Below are positions 39,629 through 49,733 of a stretch of 64,000 bases of DNA, piece by piece. A program made the position numbers and the translations under genes. The DNA comes from Planktothrix pseudagardhii (lineage in GTDB: Bacteria > Cyanobacteriota > Cyanobacteriia > Cyanobacteriales > Microcoleaceae). Each line of letters starts with the position of its first letter. The stretch's first letter is position 1. The DNA is taken from NCBI RefSeq assembly GCF_904830925.1, contig NZ_LR882967.1, forward strand, positions 3,682,106 to 3,746,105, read 5' to 3'. The notes below the pieces were generated by a model. The model was given only the letters and a program-made list of their open reading frames with translations, was not told where the DNA came from and made no database searches.

Positions 39629-39835
39629 ATGCCCTGTATGGATAACAAAATAACATTTCTACTCAAAGTTCTACTTTTGTCCCTGGGACTATCGGTTGTG
39701 ATCAAATTCGTTGGCCCCTTGCTTTCGATTCCTGAATCCTCAATTCTTGCAGCTATTGCGGTTTGCTTACCTTCGGTTATTCTAGCCGTTTTATTTAGTT
39801 GGCGGATGAGACAACATTCTCAACAACCGGAATAG
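39629..39835 (+). CDS. possible small 2-TM membrane protein
   Basis: 68-aa ORF with two hydrophobic helices; no homology call possible. Confidence 0.3.
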   Translation: MPCMDNKITFLLKVLLLSLGLSVVIKFVGPLLSIPESSILAAIAVCLPSVILAVLFSWRMRQHSQQPE

Positions 39836-39997
39836 AAGGGTAAAGAATCGCAAAAGGGAACGTCGGGAAACGGATTGAAAATTTACTGACTGTTCCCTTC
39901 AGAATGAGCGATCGCTTAATTTTAACAGATAATTGATATTCTTAAGACTTAAATCGATCATAATAGATCAGAATTTCATCTCATCGGTGTTTATCCT

Positions 39998-41044
39998 GTG
40001 ACACTAGGGCAATGGTTCGGTTTTAGCGCAATTCTCTGTGCCATCTATATCCTTTGGCAAGTTCGACAAGCTTTATTACTTGTTTTTGCTGCGATTGTTT
40101 TAGCAACCGCCCTGAATAAATTAGCTCGATGGATACAACGCTTTGGAATTAAACGCTCTTGGGCGGTATTCTTCTCAATTAGTTTACTAATTTTAGGGTT
40201 TATAACGATATTCTTGTTAGTTGTTCCGCCTTTATTTGACCAATTACAAGAACTCGCTACACGGGTTCCTAGAGGGTTAGAACGAGGATTACAACGGCTA
40301 AATCTTTGGATTAATTACCTAGAAACCCAACTTCCAGGGGAATTTTGGCAAAATTTATTTCAAGTCGATTTACAAATTAATGCCCTGATTCAACAGTTAC
40401 AACGCATCGGAAATCCTTTAATAGGAGGCGTTGGGGCTTTCGTGGGAAATACATTAGGAGGACTTCTCGGCTTTTTATTAATTCTAGTTTTAACAATCAT
40501 GCTATTAGCTGATCCTGTAGCTTATCGCAGAGCATTTATTCAACTCATCCCTTCCTTTTACCGTCAACGCCTGAATGGGATTTTAGATCAATGTGAAATA
40601 GCGTTAGGACTATGGGTTGTTGGAGCTTTAATTGATATGAGTGTTGTGGCGGTTTGTAGTTTAGCAGGGCTTTTAGTCTTACAAGTTCCGTTAGCCTTTG
40701 CCAATGCCATATTAGCAGGATTGCTCAACTTAATTCCCAATATTGGGCCGACTTTGAGTGTGATTCCTCCGATGGCGATTGCTTTATTAGAAGATCCTTG
40801 GAAAGCCGGGTTTGTTTTTATTTTATATTTTCTGATTCAACAAGCGGAAAGCAATTTTTTAATGCCCTATCTTATGGCGCAACAAGTTTCCCTCTTACCT
40901 GCAATTACGTTACTCTCCCAAGGCTTTTTTCTTACCTTTTTTGGCTTTCTGGGTTTACTTTTAGCCTTACCGTTAACGGTTGTGGGACAAGTTTTAGTGC
41001 AAGAAATCCTAATTCGAGATATTCTGGATCACTGGAAACAATAA
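39998..41044 (+). CDS. AI-2E family transporter (PerM/UPF0118 permease), GTG start
   Basis: 348 aa, ~8 TM helices, conserved NxIPxIGP motif (LLNLIPNIGPTL). Confidence 0.75.
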   Translation: MTLGQWFGFSAILCAIYILWQVRQALLLVFAAIVLATALNKLARWIQRFGIKRSWAVFFSISLLILGFITIFLLVVPPLFDQLQELATRVPRGLERGLQRLNLWINYLETQLPGEFWQNLFQVDLQINALIQQLQRIGNPLIGGVGAFVGNTLGGLLGFLLILVLTIMLLADPVAYRRAFIQLIPSFYRQRLNGILDQCEIALGLWVVGALIDMSVVAVCSLAGLLVLQVPLAFANAILAGLLNLIPNIGPTLSVIPPMAIALLEDPWKAGFVFILYFLIQQAESNFLMPYLMAQQVSLLPAITLLSQGFFLTFFGFLGLLLALPLTVVGQVLVQEILIRDILDHWKQ

Positions 41045-41104
41045 TTTCCGACAATTGAAAACGACGAAACATAAACAATAGAATTAAAGGGGTGTCAAAA
41101 TTTA

Positions 41105-42280
41105 ATGAAAACTATAGCTGAAATTAACGATAAAATTCTTCAAAATCGTGCTGTTGTTTGGACTGTGGAGGAATTGAAAGCCAAAGTCACCCCCGATACT
41201 ATTCCCCAAATTGCTCAAGAGGTTGATGTCATTACCACAGGAACTTTTGAACCGATGGAAGCCTCTGGCGCGGTGATTAATTTAGGTCATACCGATCCCC
41301 CGATTAATATTAAAACCTGTTGGTTAAATGGGGTTCTTGCCTATAGTGGATTTGGTTCCGTTGATTTATATCTGGGCGCGAGTCAAATGATGGAAGATGG
41401 GGAAGAGGGAAATGAACAAGGGGGGGGTCATGTGATTGAAGATTTAATTGGGGGAAAATCGGTGCATCTCAGAGCATCAGGAGTGGTTTCTGATTGTTAT
41501 CCCCGGAGTTCTTTTGAAACTACAATTACCCGTGATACCATTAACCAATTTTATTTATTCAATCCTCGCAATCTCTATCAAAATTTTATTGTCGGAGTTA
41601 ATGGTGGCGATCGCCCCCTTTATACTTATTTAGGCCCCCTCCAACCCTATTTAGGAAATGCAGTTTATTCTAATCCGGGTGCAATTTCTCCCTTAATTAA
41701 TGATCCTGATTTACAAGTAATTGGAATTGGGACTCGGATTTTTTTAGGAGGCGGAATTGGCTATATTACTTGGGAAGGAACCCAACATTTTCCCCTGCAA
41801 AAACGCCTAGACAATCGCACCCCCATCGGCCCTGCTGCAACGTTAGCGTTAATTGGAGATGCAAAACAAATGAATCCTTATTGGGTTAGGGGTTGCTATT
41901 TTAAAAATTATGGCCCTTCATTAATGTTAGGTGTGGGGATTCCTTTACCCGTTTTGAATGAAGATGTGATTGCTCGTTGTGCAGTTTCTGATCAAGATAT
42001 TGTTGCACCCGTAGTGGATTTTGCCATCCCTCGACGGGTTCGTCCCACCTTTGGTTTAGTTTCCTATAGTCAACTGAAAAAAGGCAAAATTTCTATTGAG
42101 GGAAAAATGGTCAGAACTGCACCTGTAGCGAGTATTTCCCGTTCTCGTGAAATTGCCCAAGAGTTAAAAAAATGGATTGAATCAGGAACCTTTACCCTCA
42201 CAGAACCCGTTGCTTCTATTCCCTTAGATCGATCATTTCTTCCTCAGAATATTTGGGGTTCTCAAATTAGTTTAGATTAA
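41105..42280 (+). CDS. DUF39/COG1900 protein (homocysteine-biosynthesis sulfur-incorporation enzyme family)
   Basis: 391 aa; N-terminus MKTIAEINDKI...AVVWTVEELK resembles COG1900 proteins. Confidence 0.5.
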   Translation: MKTIAEINDKILQNRAVVWTVEELKAKVTPDTIPQIAQEVDVITTGTFEPMEASGAVINLGHTDPPINIKTCWLNGVLAYSGFGSVDLYLGASQMMEDGEEGNEQGGGHVIEDLIGGKSVHLRASGVVSDCYPRSSFETTITRDTINQFYLFNPRNLYQNFIVGVNGGDRPLYTYLGPLQPYLGNAVYSNPGAISPLINDPDLQVIGIGTRIFLGGGIGYITWEGTQHFPLQKRLDNRTPIGPAATLALIGDAKQMNPYWVRGCYFKNYGPSLMLGVGIPLPVLNEDVIARCAVSDQDIVAPVVDFAIPRRVRPTFGLVSYSQLKKGKISIEGKMVRTAPVASISRSREIAQELKKWIESGTFTLTEPVASIPLDRSFLPQNIWGSQISLD

Positions 42281-42329
42281 ATGAAACTTCACCCTAGTTA
42301 AACCCGGAAACACCCAGTTATTTTAAAAT

Positions 42330-42640
42330 CACCTCTTCCATTCCTCTCTAATTGCATAAATTAGTAATTTTGTCAATACCCCTCTCCGTCGCTTAAGGAT
42401 TTACCCCCAAAATTGATGAATCGTAGAGCAGAAATTGAGTCAGGAAATCCAGATATTTTACGAAATAATAAGGGTTTTAGCCTCTGTTTTAGCAAATAGA
42501 CACAATAAACCCTTGAGCGGTATTTTCTAAATATACCAGAACCCCCATGCTGTCGTCAACTATTTGATAATTATTTTCAATAAAATATCAAGATTCCCTG
42601 ACAATCTTTTAAAAAACAAAATGATTTGAGAAAAATGATT
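42330..42640 (+). repeat. copy A of the ~300-bp dispersed repeat (see 21845-22160)
   Basis: manual alignment to the reverse complement of 21845-22160; contains a related but stop-interrupted short ORF (MNRRAEIESGNPDILRNNKGFSLCFSK). Confidence 0.7.
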
Positions 42641-42933
42641 ATAATAACTTAATAATAATTCCAAAATGAATTCAATTAAGGTTTAACAAGTTAAGCCATT
42701 CAGCATTTAACCGGATTTTAAGTTAAGGTTTTGTTAAATGGCGATCGCTAATCTTGTAGAAATTCAAGAAATGGTTAAACAAGGATCAAATACGTTGATG
42801 GGATGGGACAAGTAGATCATTAGTTTTGACAAAACGCTTTAATTGTAATGAATCAGATATACTTGTTTTGATCAAGTTAAACTGATCCAACCTTGAACCC
42901 ATTAGTCCGAAAACCTTTAGAATAAATTCTATT

Positions 42934-44031
42934 ATGAAGCCCAAAATTGCGATCGCTTGTCAGGGAGGAGGAAGCCAAACCGCTTTCACGGCGGGTGTCT
43001 TCAAAGCCCTATTTGAAAACAAGATTCAGGATTATTTTAATATTGTCAGCTTAAGTGGAACTTCTGGAGGCGCGATCTGTGCTTTTCTGATTTGGTACGC
43101 CCTGAAAAAAGAAGATGATATTATTTGGAAACGACTGATCGACTTTTGGGACGATAATACAGCCCAAACCGCTCAAGAAAAGTTTTTCAACGATTCTGCA
43201 ATTAAAACTCTGGAATGGGTCAGCAAAGGGAAAATTCCTCAGTACAATTTAAGTCCTTATTCACCGATTGTTAAAGCTTGGTTTTCCTTTGCGACCCAAG
43301 GTTTACGCAGTCGATTTACTGATTTTGAGGAATTACTCGCAGCCCATATTGATTTCTCGGAATTAGCGACTTGGGGTATGCAACCCGAACCCCCAATTTT
43401 ACTGATTGGCGCTTGTAATATCCTCACAGGGAGATTACATAAATTCAACTCCTATCGCGAAGCCATTAAACTCGAACATATCTTGGCTTCTGCTTGCGTA
43501 CCGAACCTTTTCCCGGCTGTTTCTATTGAAGAAATGGCTTATTGGGACGGACTTTTTTCCGATAATCCACCGATTGATTCTTTGATTAAAAGCAATTTTG
43601 TGGGAATTGCCAATCTTCCCCAGGAAATTTGGGTGATTAAAATCAATCCCACAACTAGGGATAAGATTCCTACAGAACCCGATGATATTGCTGATCGTCG
43701 TAATGAATTAGAGGGAAACCTCTCTTTATTTCAAAGCCTTGGTGAAATCGAAAATCTCAATAATCTCTTTTTAAGGGGGGCATTTAACGAGGAATTTCTC
43801 GCTAAAATTGATGTGAAAGAACCGATGAAAATTCCTAAATCTTTTCCTGATGATCCTGACCGAGATTACCATATTCCTATGATTGAAATGTCTGAAGATT
43901 TAGCTAAAATATTGAATTATGAAAGTAAATTAGATCGCTCTCCAGAGATGATTAATCGGTTGATTCAAGATGGGGAAAAACAAGGGAAAAAGTTTGTTGA
44001 AACCCGATTAAAACAGATGGGTTTGAAGTGA
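42934..44031 (+). CDS. patatin-like phospholipase family protein
   Basis: 365 aa; oxyanion GGGSQTAF, nucleophile elbow GTSGG, catalytic DGL(F)SDN. Confidence 0.8.
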   Translation: MKPKIAIACQGGGSQTAFTAGVFKALFENKIQDYFNIVSLSGTSGGAICAFLIWYALKKEDDIIWKRLIDFWDDNTAQTAQEKFFNDSAIKTLEWVSKGKIPQYNLSPYSPIVKAWFSFATQGLRSRFTDFEELLAAHIDFSELATWGMQPEPPILLIGACNILTGRLHKFNSYREAIKLEHILASACVPNLFPAVSIEEMAYWDGLFSDNPPIDSLIKSNFVGIANLPQEIWVIKINPTTRDKIPTEPDDIADRRNELEGNLSLFQSLGEIENLNNLFLRGAFNEEFLAKIDVKEPMKIPKSFPDDPDRDYHIPMIEMSEDLAKILNYESKLDRSPEMINRLIQDGEKQGKKFVETRLKQMGLK

Positions 44032-44250
44032 GAATAGGGAGAGAAATCAATGTTTTAAGTAGGTGGGCATAAATAAACACAAGATGTGATCTAGGTCGAG
44101 CCAGCTTTTGAGGCCCGTCTATTTTACGTTGAATTTAGCCTACCTACTTAATATTGATTAAATGCTCTGTTGGTTTAATTGAAACTCCCCTAGCTTGTAG
44201 CTCTGGGGAATTTCAATTCATATTAATTGTTAAAAAAACGACTAATAGCT

Positions 44251-45417
44251 TTAACTTTCTTCTGATGCAGCTTTCCGTTTTAACGGTTTAGCAAGGGGTT
44301 CTCGACGGGGAGGAGGCGGAGGCGCATCCGATTGGAATTTAGGCTTATAGGGAGGACGAGAGCCCGTATTGGAGTAACCCTGACCGGGTTGTCTTCTGGG
44401 GCCACCTTTTTGAAAGGGAGGTTTGCGCTTTTTAGTAGGAAGAAAGCCGATATCATGACTTTCTTGGATGACCAAATAATCTTCCTGTAACTGAACGTGT
44501 AAATCCCAGAAATGACCAACGGCTCTCATTCCAGCAATTCCCATCAGTTTCAGTTTGAAAAACTTGGGTTTATCATTATCTTTACGAGGAGCTTGGCGAA
44601 TTTTAACAATGACATATTTCTCAACTTCTTGAGATTGATAAACAACCTCACCTCGAATGGAAAAATAGCCTTGTTGAACGTCCGGTAAGGCTTCAGTTTT
44701 ATTCCCAGATTCTGCTAATTTTGATTCCTCAGAAACCGATGCAGAATCTTTTATTTCGGGTGAAGATTCATCAGAAATTTCAGATTCATCAGATCGGAGG
44801 GTTTCAGGTTCCCAAACCCCCATAATTTGAACGTGTAAATTCCCTTCTTGTTGACGTGTCCGAGGATAAACCACCCAAAGATGATCTTGATCTAAGTCAA
44901 TATGTTTTTTCACTAAACTCATGACTCGACCTAATAACACCGCATCCAGAAGTTTTCCTTCACTGGTGAGTAAGGTTCCTTGGGTAAACTGATCCGCAGA
45001 AGCAATATATCGGCCATGAACTAATCCAATAGCACGATACTGGCGAGCTTCGCTAGGTGGTGGAATTGGATGTTGCCAGAGACGTTCTACAGAGTCAGAG
45101 GACTCAGAAGATTCAGAAGATTCTTCCTCTGTTTCTTCTTCGGATTCAATCATTTCAGGCTGATCCAATGCACCATCTTGGGGTGTTGGGTCAGGACTCT
45201 CTGGTTCTGGTGGTATTTCTTTTAACGCTTCAGGGATGACACGTTCACTCTCGTGAGGGGCATCCAAATGGATATCTTTAGACATATTCACGGCTGGCTC
45301 ATTAACTGGACTTGAGCGGGAAGAACGTTTAGATTGAGAGGATCGATTGGGAGAAGGACTCATAAAACCTCTTAGCGGAGACACATCCCTTGTGGGATCG
45401 AGGACATGGCAAACCAA
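44251..45417 (-). CDS. hypothetical protein with acidic Ser/Glu-rich linker and basic Pro-rich C-terminus
   Basis: 388-aa ORF (the true start may be an internal Met); two ~60-aa related segments; no known domain recognised. Confidence 0.45.
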   Translation of the reverse strand: MVCHVLDPTRDVSPLRGFMSPSPNRSSQSKRSSRSSPVNEPAVNMSKDIHLDAPHESERVIPEALKEIPPEPESPDPTPQDGALDQPEMIESEEETEEESSESSESSDSVERLWQHPIPPPSEARQYRAIGLVHGRYIASADQFTQGTLLTSEGKLLDAVLLGRVMSLVKKHIDLDQDHLWVVYPRTRQQEGNLHVQIMGVWEPETLRSDESEISDESSPEIKDSASVSEESKLAESGNKTEALPDVQQGYFSIRGEVVYQSQEVEKYVIVKIRQAPRKDNDKPKFFKLKLMGIAGMRAVGHFWDLHVQLQEDYLVIQESHDIGFLPTKKRKPPFQKGGPRRQPGQGYSNTGSRPPYKPKFQSDAPPPPPRREPLAKPLKRKAASEES

Positions 45418-45685
45418 CCTATCTTTCCTAATGATTTGAGGAAAGGTAAAAGTTTGACACTAAACTTAAGTCACGGATCAACACTATCAGGACATTTCAA
45501 CATTTGCACCCCTTCTTGAGGAATAGGAAGCAGTAAAGATACTTTGACCTAGATCGTTGTTGTTAACAAACAACCTAGGTTGATTTGTGCCTACCCTAAA
45601 GCCGTAGCCTATTGTTTATCCTGTCAGAAAATGTTGTCATCTCAAGTTAAGTGCTTGAAGGCTGCCATCACAATTGATCTTGAGT

Positions 45686-48208
45686 ATTAGGGGTCGAGGG
45701 GGGCTTTCCAACCCCCAACTCCCATTCAGAACCGTGCTTGCGACTTTCACCGCACACGGCTCCTAGTCTAGTTGACTGTTATCATCAGAGCATCCGGTTT
45801 CTTTTGGGTTATAAGACCCATCTGTTGCCGTTTTAATATCGTGACAATGGCGATGTAATAATTGCAGATTTTTATATTCATCTTTTCCGCCTAATGACGT
45901 TGAGATGATATGGTCGATTTCTGTAATATCTTCTGGGGTAAAGTATTGCCCACAGAAGTTACATTTGCATTTCTGCTTTTTAAGCAAAAATGCTACTCGT
46001 TTGGGAACATCATAAGATGTTCCTTTTCTTGTACTCCAATAAGTCCAGTTTCCGTCATAAGGTGATGCTTCAGGTTTTACGGTTACATGACGGGTAATAG
46101 GTGTTTCTGCATGGGTTAATAATTTAAAACCATCTTTGGTTTCAAAACTCCATGTTTTCTTACCATTATTTCTGAAGTAATTTTTCAGTTTCCCGTAACT
46201 TGCTTTACCGCATCTGCTGACTGTCCATGCTCTTAATCTTTGCCATGTGATGTGGTCTAAAGAGGAGAATGTTTCTTTGGAAACAACTTTGGAGTGATAA
46301 TTACACCATCCTCTTATAACAGGATTTAGGTTTTTGATTAGTGCGTATTGAGGTGCAGTTTTGTGTGTTTTAATCACTTCCTTCATCTTGTCCGCGTGAG
46401 CTTTGATTGCCTTCTTGCTGGGTTTTATTAAGGTTTTGAATCCTAATAATTTTCTTCCTCCACTTGATTTACCAGAATGGTGTTTGCCAACTGGATATTG
46501 TCGAAAGTTCCAACCCAGAAAGTCGAATCCTGGTTTTACCTTTTCATCATTTATTTCGATTTCTCTTAATGTATGACATATCCGAGTTTTAGCTGGTTTC
46601 AGTTCTAACCCGATGGGTTTTAGCCATTCTTCTATGGCAATTTGGCATTGTTGAATGACTTCTAATTGTGGGCTTACCACAATGAAATCATCGGCATATC
46701 TAATAACTTTGGCTTGAACAGTGCTTTTCTTTTTAGGGAATTTCTGTTCAACAGACCTAATCATTCCATCCAGTGCGATGTTGGCAAGTAAAGGACTGAT
46801 GACTCCTCCTTGCGGAGTGCCTGCCTCTGTTGCTTCAAATATGCCGTTATCCATCACTCCAGCTTTTAACCATTGTCTGATTTGTGCTTTTATAGTTGAT
46901 GGACAATCAATTTTGGACAGTAGGTATTCAGGGTTAATCTGGTCAAAACATTTCGAGATGTCAGCATCTAGGATGTAATATTCACCTTGATTGATACTTT
47001 GGAAAATTCGTGACATTGCGTCATGGGCTGAACGTCCGGGTCTAAACCCGTAGCTTTCACCCTCGAATCTGGCTTCCCATTGTGGTTCTAATGCAGATTT
47101 CACCAAGGCTTGCCTAACCCTATCGTTTATAGTTGGGATTCCTAAAGGTCTTTCCTCACCGTTGGGTTTGGGTATCCATTTCCTACGGAGTGGTTTTGCC
47201 TTTTGGTATTTACTCAGGTTTTGGGCAAGTTCTAGTCGTTGTTTGGGTGTGATAGATTTGATTCCATCAACCCCGGCTGTTTTCTTGCCTTGATTGTCTT
47301 GAGTTACCCTTCTAACTGCTAAGAGTTTGGCGTAGTATGACTTAACTAGAAGTTTTTGGAGCTTCCGAGCTTTCGCATTTTGTCCCGATAATGATGCCTG
47401 GTAAATTCGCTTTTGCAGCTTAAATACTTTTCTTTGGACTTTCGCCCAATTTACAGTATTCCATGCTTCCGTAGTCTTAAAACTCGTTTTCACCGTTTGT
47501 ACTGCTAATAACAACCTTACCTAACAACCAAACCGGAATCTATCGGCATATCCTAAACATTACATTTAGGCTTTAGCTTCTGACTCCATCTCTGGCCCTC
47601 ATAACATACGCCTTGGATTTGTGGCTACCTGACAGTATTCGACCACTGTAGGAGTATATGAGGGGTTTTAACGTTCCTTGAAAATGGGTTTATTGCCTTT
47701 AGATGTGTCCTATCCGCCGGGGTACTTTGGAAGTCTTTGTAAGTATTAGGTTAAGATACTTACCTTTTATAGATGGAAAGTTGATTCCTCTATCTTTTCC
47801 CCTTGTTCTTTTGAACGCAGTGTAACAAGTCAATTTCACTACTTAATAGTCACGACGGTTCAAGACGGACATTTACTTTCGTTCATCATGGGCAATTGGC
47901 TAGAGAAATTATCAAGTATTGACTTTACCCGATTTTCCCGTTATTCCCAGCTTCAGCGTTTTGATAATCAGTCTGACACTGTGGGAATTGCCTTATCTCT
48001 TTGGAATTGGATACCGTACTTTGAGGGTTCGGTAATCTGTACCATTGACTTCGAGATTGACCTTCCATTAAGGTCACATTTTCAAAGTTAAAATAGGCTT
48101 GATTGGATTTATTGGTGGGTTTAACTTTCCGTTTTACCAATTGTCTACACCTATTTCCCTGCTTACGTTTCGAGTTTGACCCTAGACTTTAGCAGGAACG
48201 TTTCGCAC
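45686..48208 (-). mobile_element. group II intron (~2.5 kb) with intron-encoded protein in domain IV
   Basis: 5' GTGCG on the minus strand at 48208; domain V GAGCCGTGTGCGGTGAAAGTCGCAAGCACGGTTC at 45729-45762 (minus); domain VI hairpin with bulged A ~8 nt before the predicted 3' end; the 3' boundary is +/- a few nt. Confidence 0.8.
45763..47514 (-). CDS. group II intron reverse transcriptase/maturase with HNH endonuclease domain
   Basis: 583 aa; RT blocks incl. YADD (IRYADDFIVV), X/maturase domain, C-terminal CxxC...HxxxH HNH motif. Confidence 0.9.
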   Translation of the reverse strand: MLLAVQTVKTSFKTTEAWNTVNWAKVQRKVFKLQKRIYQASLSGQNAKARKLQKLLVKSYYAKLLAVRRVTQDNQGKKTAGVDGIKSITPKQRLELAQNLSKYQKAKPLRRKWIPKPNGEERPLGIPTINDRVRQALVKSALEPQWEARFEGESYGFRPGRSAHDAMSRIFQSINQGEYYILDADISKCFDQINPEYLLSKIDCPSTIKAQIRQWLKAGVMDNGIFEATEAGTPQGGVISPLLANIALDGMIRSVEQKFPKKKSTVQAKVIRYADDFIVVSPQLEVIQQCQIAIEEWLKPIGLELKPAKTRICHTLREIEINDEKVKPGFDFLGWNFRQYPVGKHHSGKSSGGRKLLGFKTLIKPSKKAIKAHADKMKEVIKTHKTAPQYALIKNLNPVIRGWCNYHSKVVSKETFSSLDHITWQRLRAWTVSRCGKASYGKLKNYFRNNGKKTWSFETKDGFKLLTHAETPITRHVTVKPEASPYDGNWTYWSTRKGTSYDVPKRVAFLLKKQKCKCNFCGQYFTPEDITEIDHIISTSLGGKDEYKNLQLLHRHCHDIKTATDGSYNPKETGCSDDNSQLD

Positions 48209-48371
48209 TAACCTACCTATTGTACTGAATCCACAGGCTGATCGGACAAATCCGTAGGCTTTGTGCCTGAACGACTGAGTTTGTAGAAAATAAAGTTAAG
48301 TGGGAATCTCTGGCTTCTGTTACGATATTAGCTGCAAGGAAGTTGGCCTAATCAGTTCAGGATTGAGTTTC

Positions 48372-49313
48372 ATGGTAGATAAACGTCGTGGGTTTATTGG
48401 TGTAGTTTTAGTGTTAGCTGTAATCGCCTTTGTGGGATTTTCTATGGGGCCACTGATTAGTGGGATTGTGGAAAACAATCAGTCCAAACGACAACCTGCT
48501 CCAACACCCACGCAATCAACTCCAACGGGTAAACAATCCGATTTACAAGCACAAGCTCGTGGTTATGAGTTAGTATTGCAGCGAGAGCCAGATAACGAAA
48601 CGGCTTTGAAAGGTTTATTGCAAGCTAAATTAGAGCTTATTCGCTTTAAGCAAGCCGAGATTAAAGATGTGATTGAACCTTTAGAGAAACTGTCAAAAAA
48701 ACACCCGGAAGATACACGTTACAGTGTTCTTTTAGCACAGGCTAAAGCCTATACTGGAGATCAAGAAGGCGCGGCTCAAACCTATCGCACGATTTTAGCG
48801 AGTCAACCTGGAGATATTCAAGCATTACAAGGGTTAGTGAACCTTTTCTTAGAACAAAAACGTCCTGAAGCGGCAATTGGATTATTACAAGATACGCTTA
48901 AATCTGCCGCAAATGTCAATCAAACTGCACCGGGTACGATTGATGAAATGTCGGTACAATTAATTTTAGGGCAGGTTTATGCTGAAGATAAACGCTATGA
49001 TGAAGCCCTAGCAATTTACGATGAAGCCATTAAAAATAACGACCAAGATTTTCGCCCCGTTTATGCAAAAGCATTGGTTTTAAAAGAACAAGGAAATACC
49101 GAAGAAGCTGAACCTTTATTTGCTAAAGCAGTTGATTTAGCTCCGGCGGTTTATAAAGATCAAATTCAAAAACAAGCCGGAGGAAATCTTGCTCCTGCCA
49201 AGTCGGGTGAACCCCCTGAGCCGAAAGCGTTAGAAACCCAACCTTCAACCAAATCAGCACCCGCAACGGAGGTTCCTGAACCCCGACCTTCGGCTCCAGC
49301 ATCCAGTAACTAA
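48372..49313 (+). CDS. membrane-anchored TPR-repeat protein (paralog of 24308-24733)
   Basis: TM helix then TPR units; QREPDNETALKGLLQAKLE parallels LKREPNNPTALEGLVKVRLE in the paralog; start chosen at MVDKRRG (ORF opens at 48300). Confidence 0.55.
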   Translation: MVDKRRGFIGVVLVLAVIAFVGFSMGPLISGIVENNQSKRQPAPTPTQSTPTGKQSDLQAQARGYELVLQREPDNETALKGLLQAKLELIRFKQAEIKDVIEPLEKLSKKHPEDTRYSVLLAQAKAYTGDQEGAAQTYRTILASQPGDIQALQGLVNLFLEQKRPEAAIGLLQDTLKSAANVNQTAPGTIDEMSVQLILGQVYAEDKRYDEALAIYDEAIKNNDQDFRPVYAKALVLKEQGNTEEAEPLFAKAVDLAPAVYKDQIQKQAGGNLAPAKSGEPPEPKALETQPSTKSAPATEVPEPRPSAPASSN

Positions 49314-49353
49314 TTCCCTACAATAGAAAGTCGTAGAGACGTTAATTGTACCC

Positions 49354-49707
49354 ATGATGAACCTGAAACGTTTAGGCCATGTTGCTATTTGTGTCAACGA
49401 TATTGACTCATCCGCTCAGTTTTATCAAAACTTAGGCATGGATCTGGTTTGGAAAGATGCGGACTGGGCTTATTTAAAAGCAGGTGAAGATGGATTAGCA
49501 TTACTGAGTCCTGGTTATGATCAAGCCGGCCCCCATTTTGGCTTTGTGTTTAATGAACGCAGTGAGATGGAAAACGCCTATCAAGCGTTAAAAGCCCAAG
49601 GAATTCCGGTGACGGCGATTCATGAACATCGAGATGGTACAGCCTCTTTTTATGGTCGTGATCCTGACGGAAATGGCTTTGAATACCTGTATGAACCCAA
49701 TAAATGA
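49354..49707 (+). CDS. VOC/glyoxalase family protein
   Basis: 117 aa; N-terminal LGHVAICVNDIDSSAQFY beta-alpha-beta-beta-beta module signature. Confidence 0.7.
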   Translation: MMNLKRLGHVAICVNDIDSSAQFYQNLGMDLVWKDADWAYLKAGEDGLALLSPGYDQAGPHFGFVFNERSEMENAYQALKAQGIPVTAIHEHRDGTASFYGRDPDGNGFEYLYEPNK

Positions 49708-49733
49708 GTTAAGAAAAGTTGCACTAAAAAACT

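Noticed and set aside
40798-45239. ORFs 40798-41058(+), 41448-41633(+), 43257-43448(-), 44280-44519(-) and 45057-45239(+)
   Set aside because: Alternate-frame or antisense ORFs inside the AI-2E, DUF39, patatin and 44251-45417 genes.
46721-48140. ORFs 46721-46978(+), 47888-48091(+) and 47925-48140(-)
   Set aside because: They fall inside the group II intron: one is antisense to the intron-encoded protein and two lie within structured RNA domain I. They are not expected to be protein-coding.
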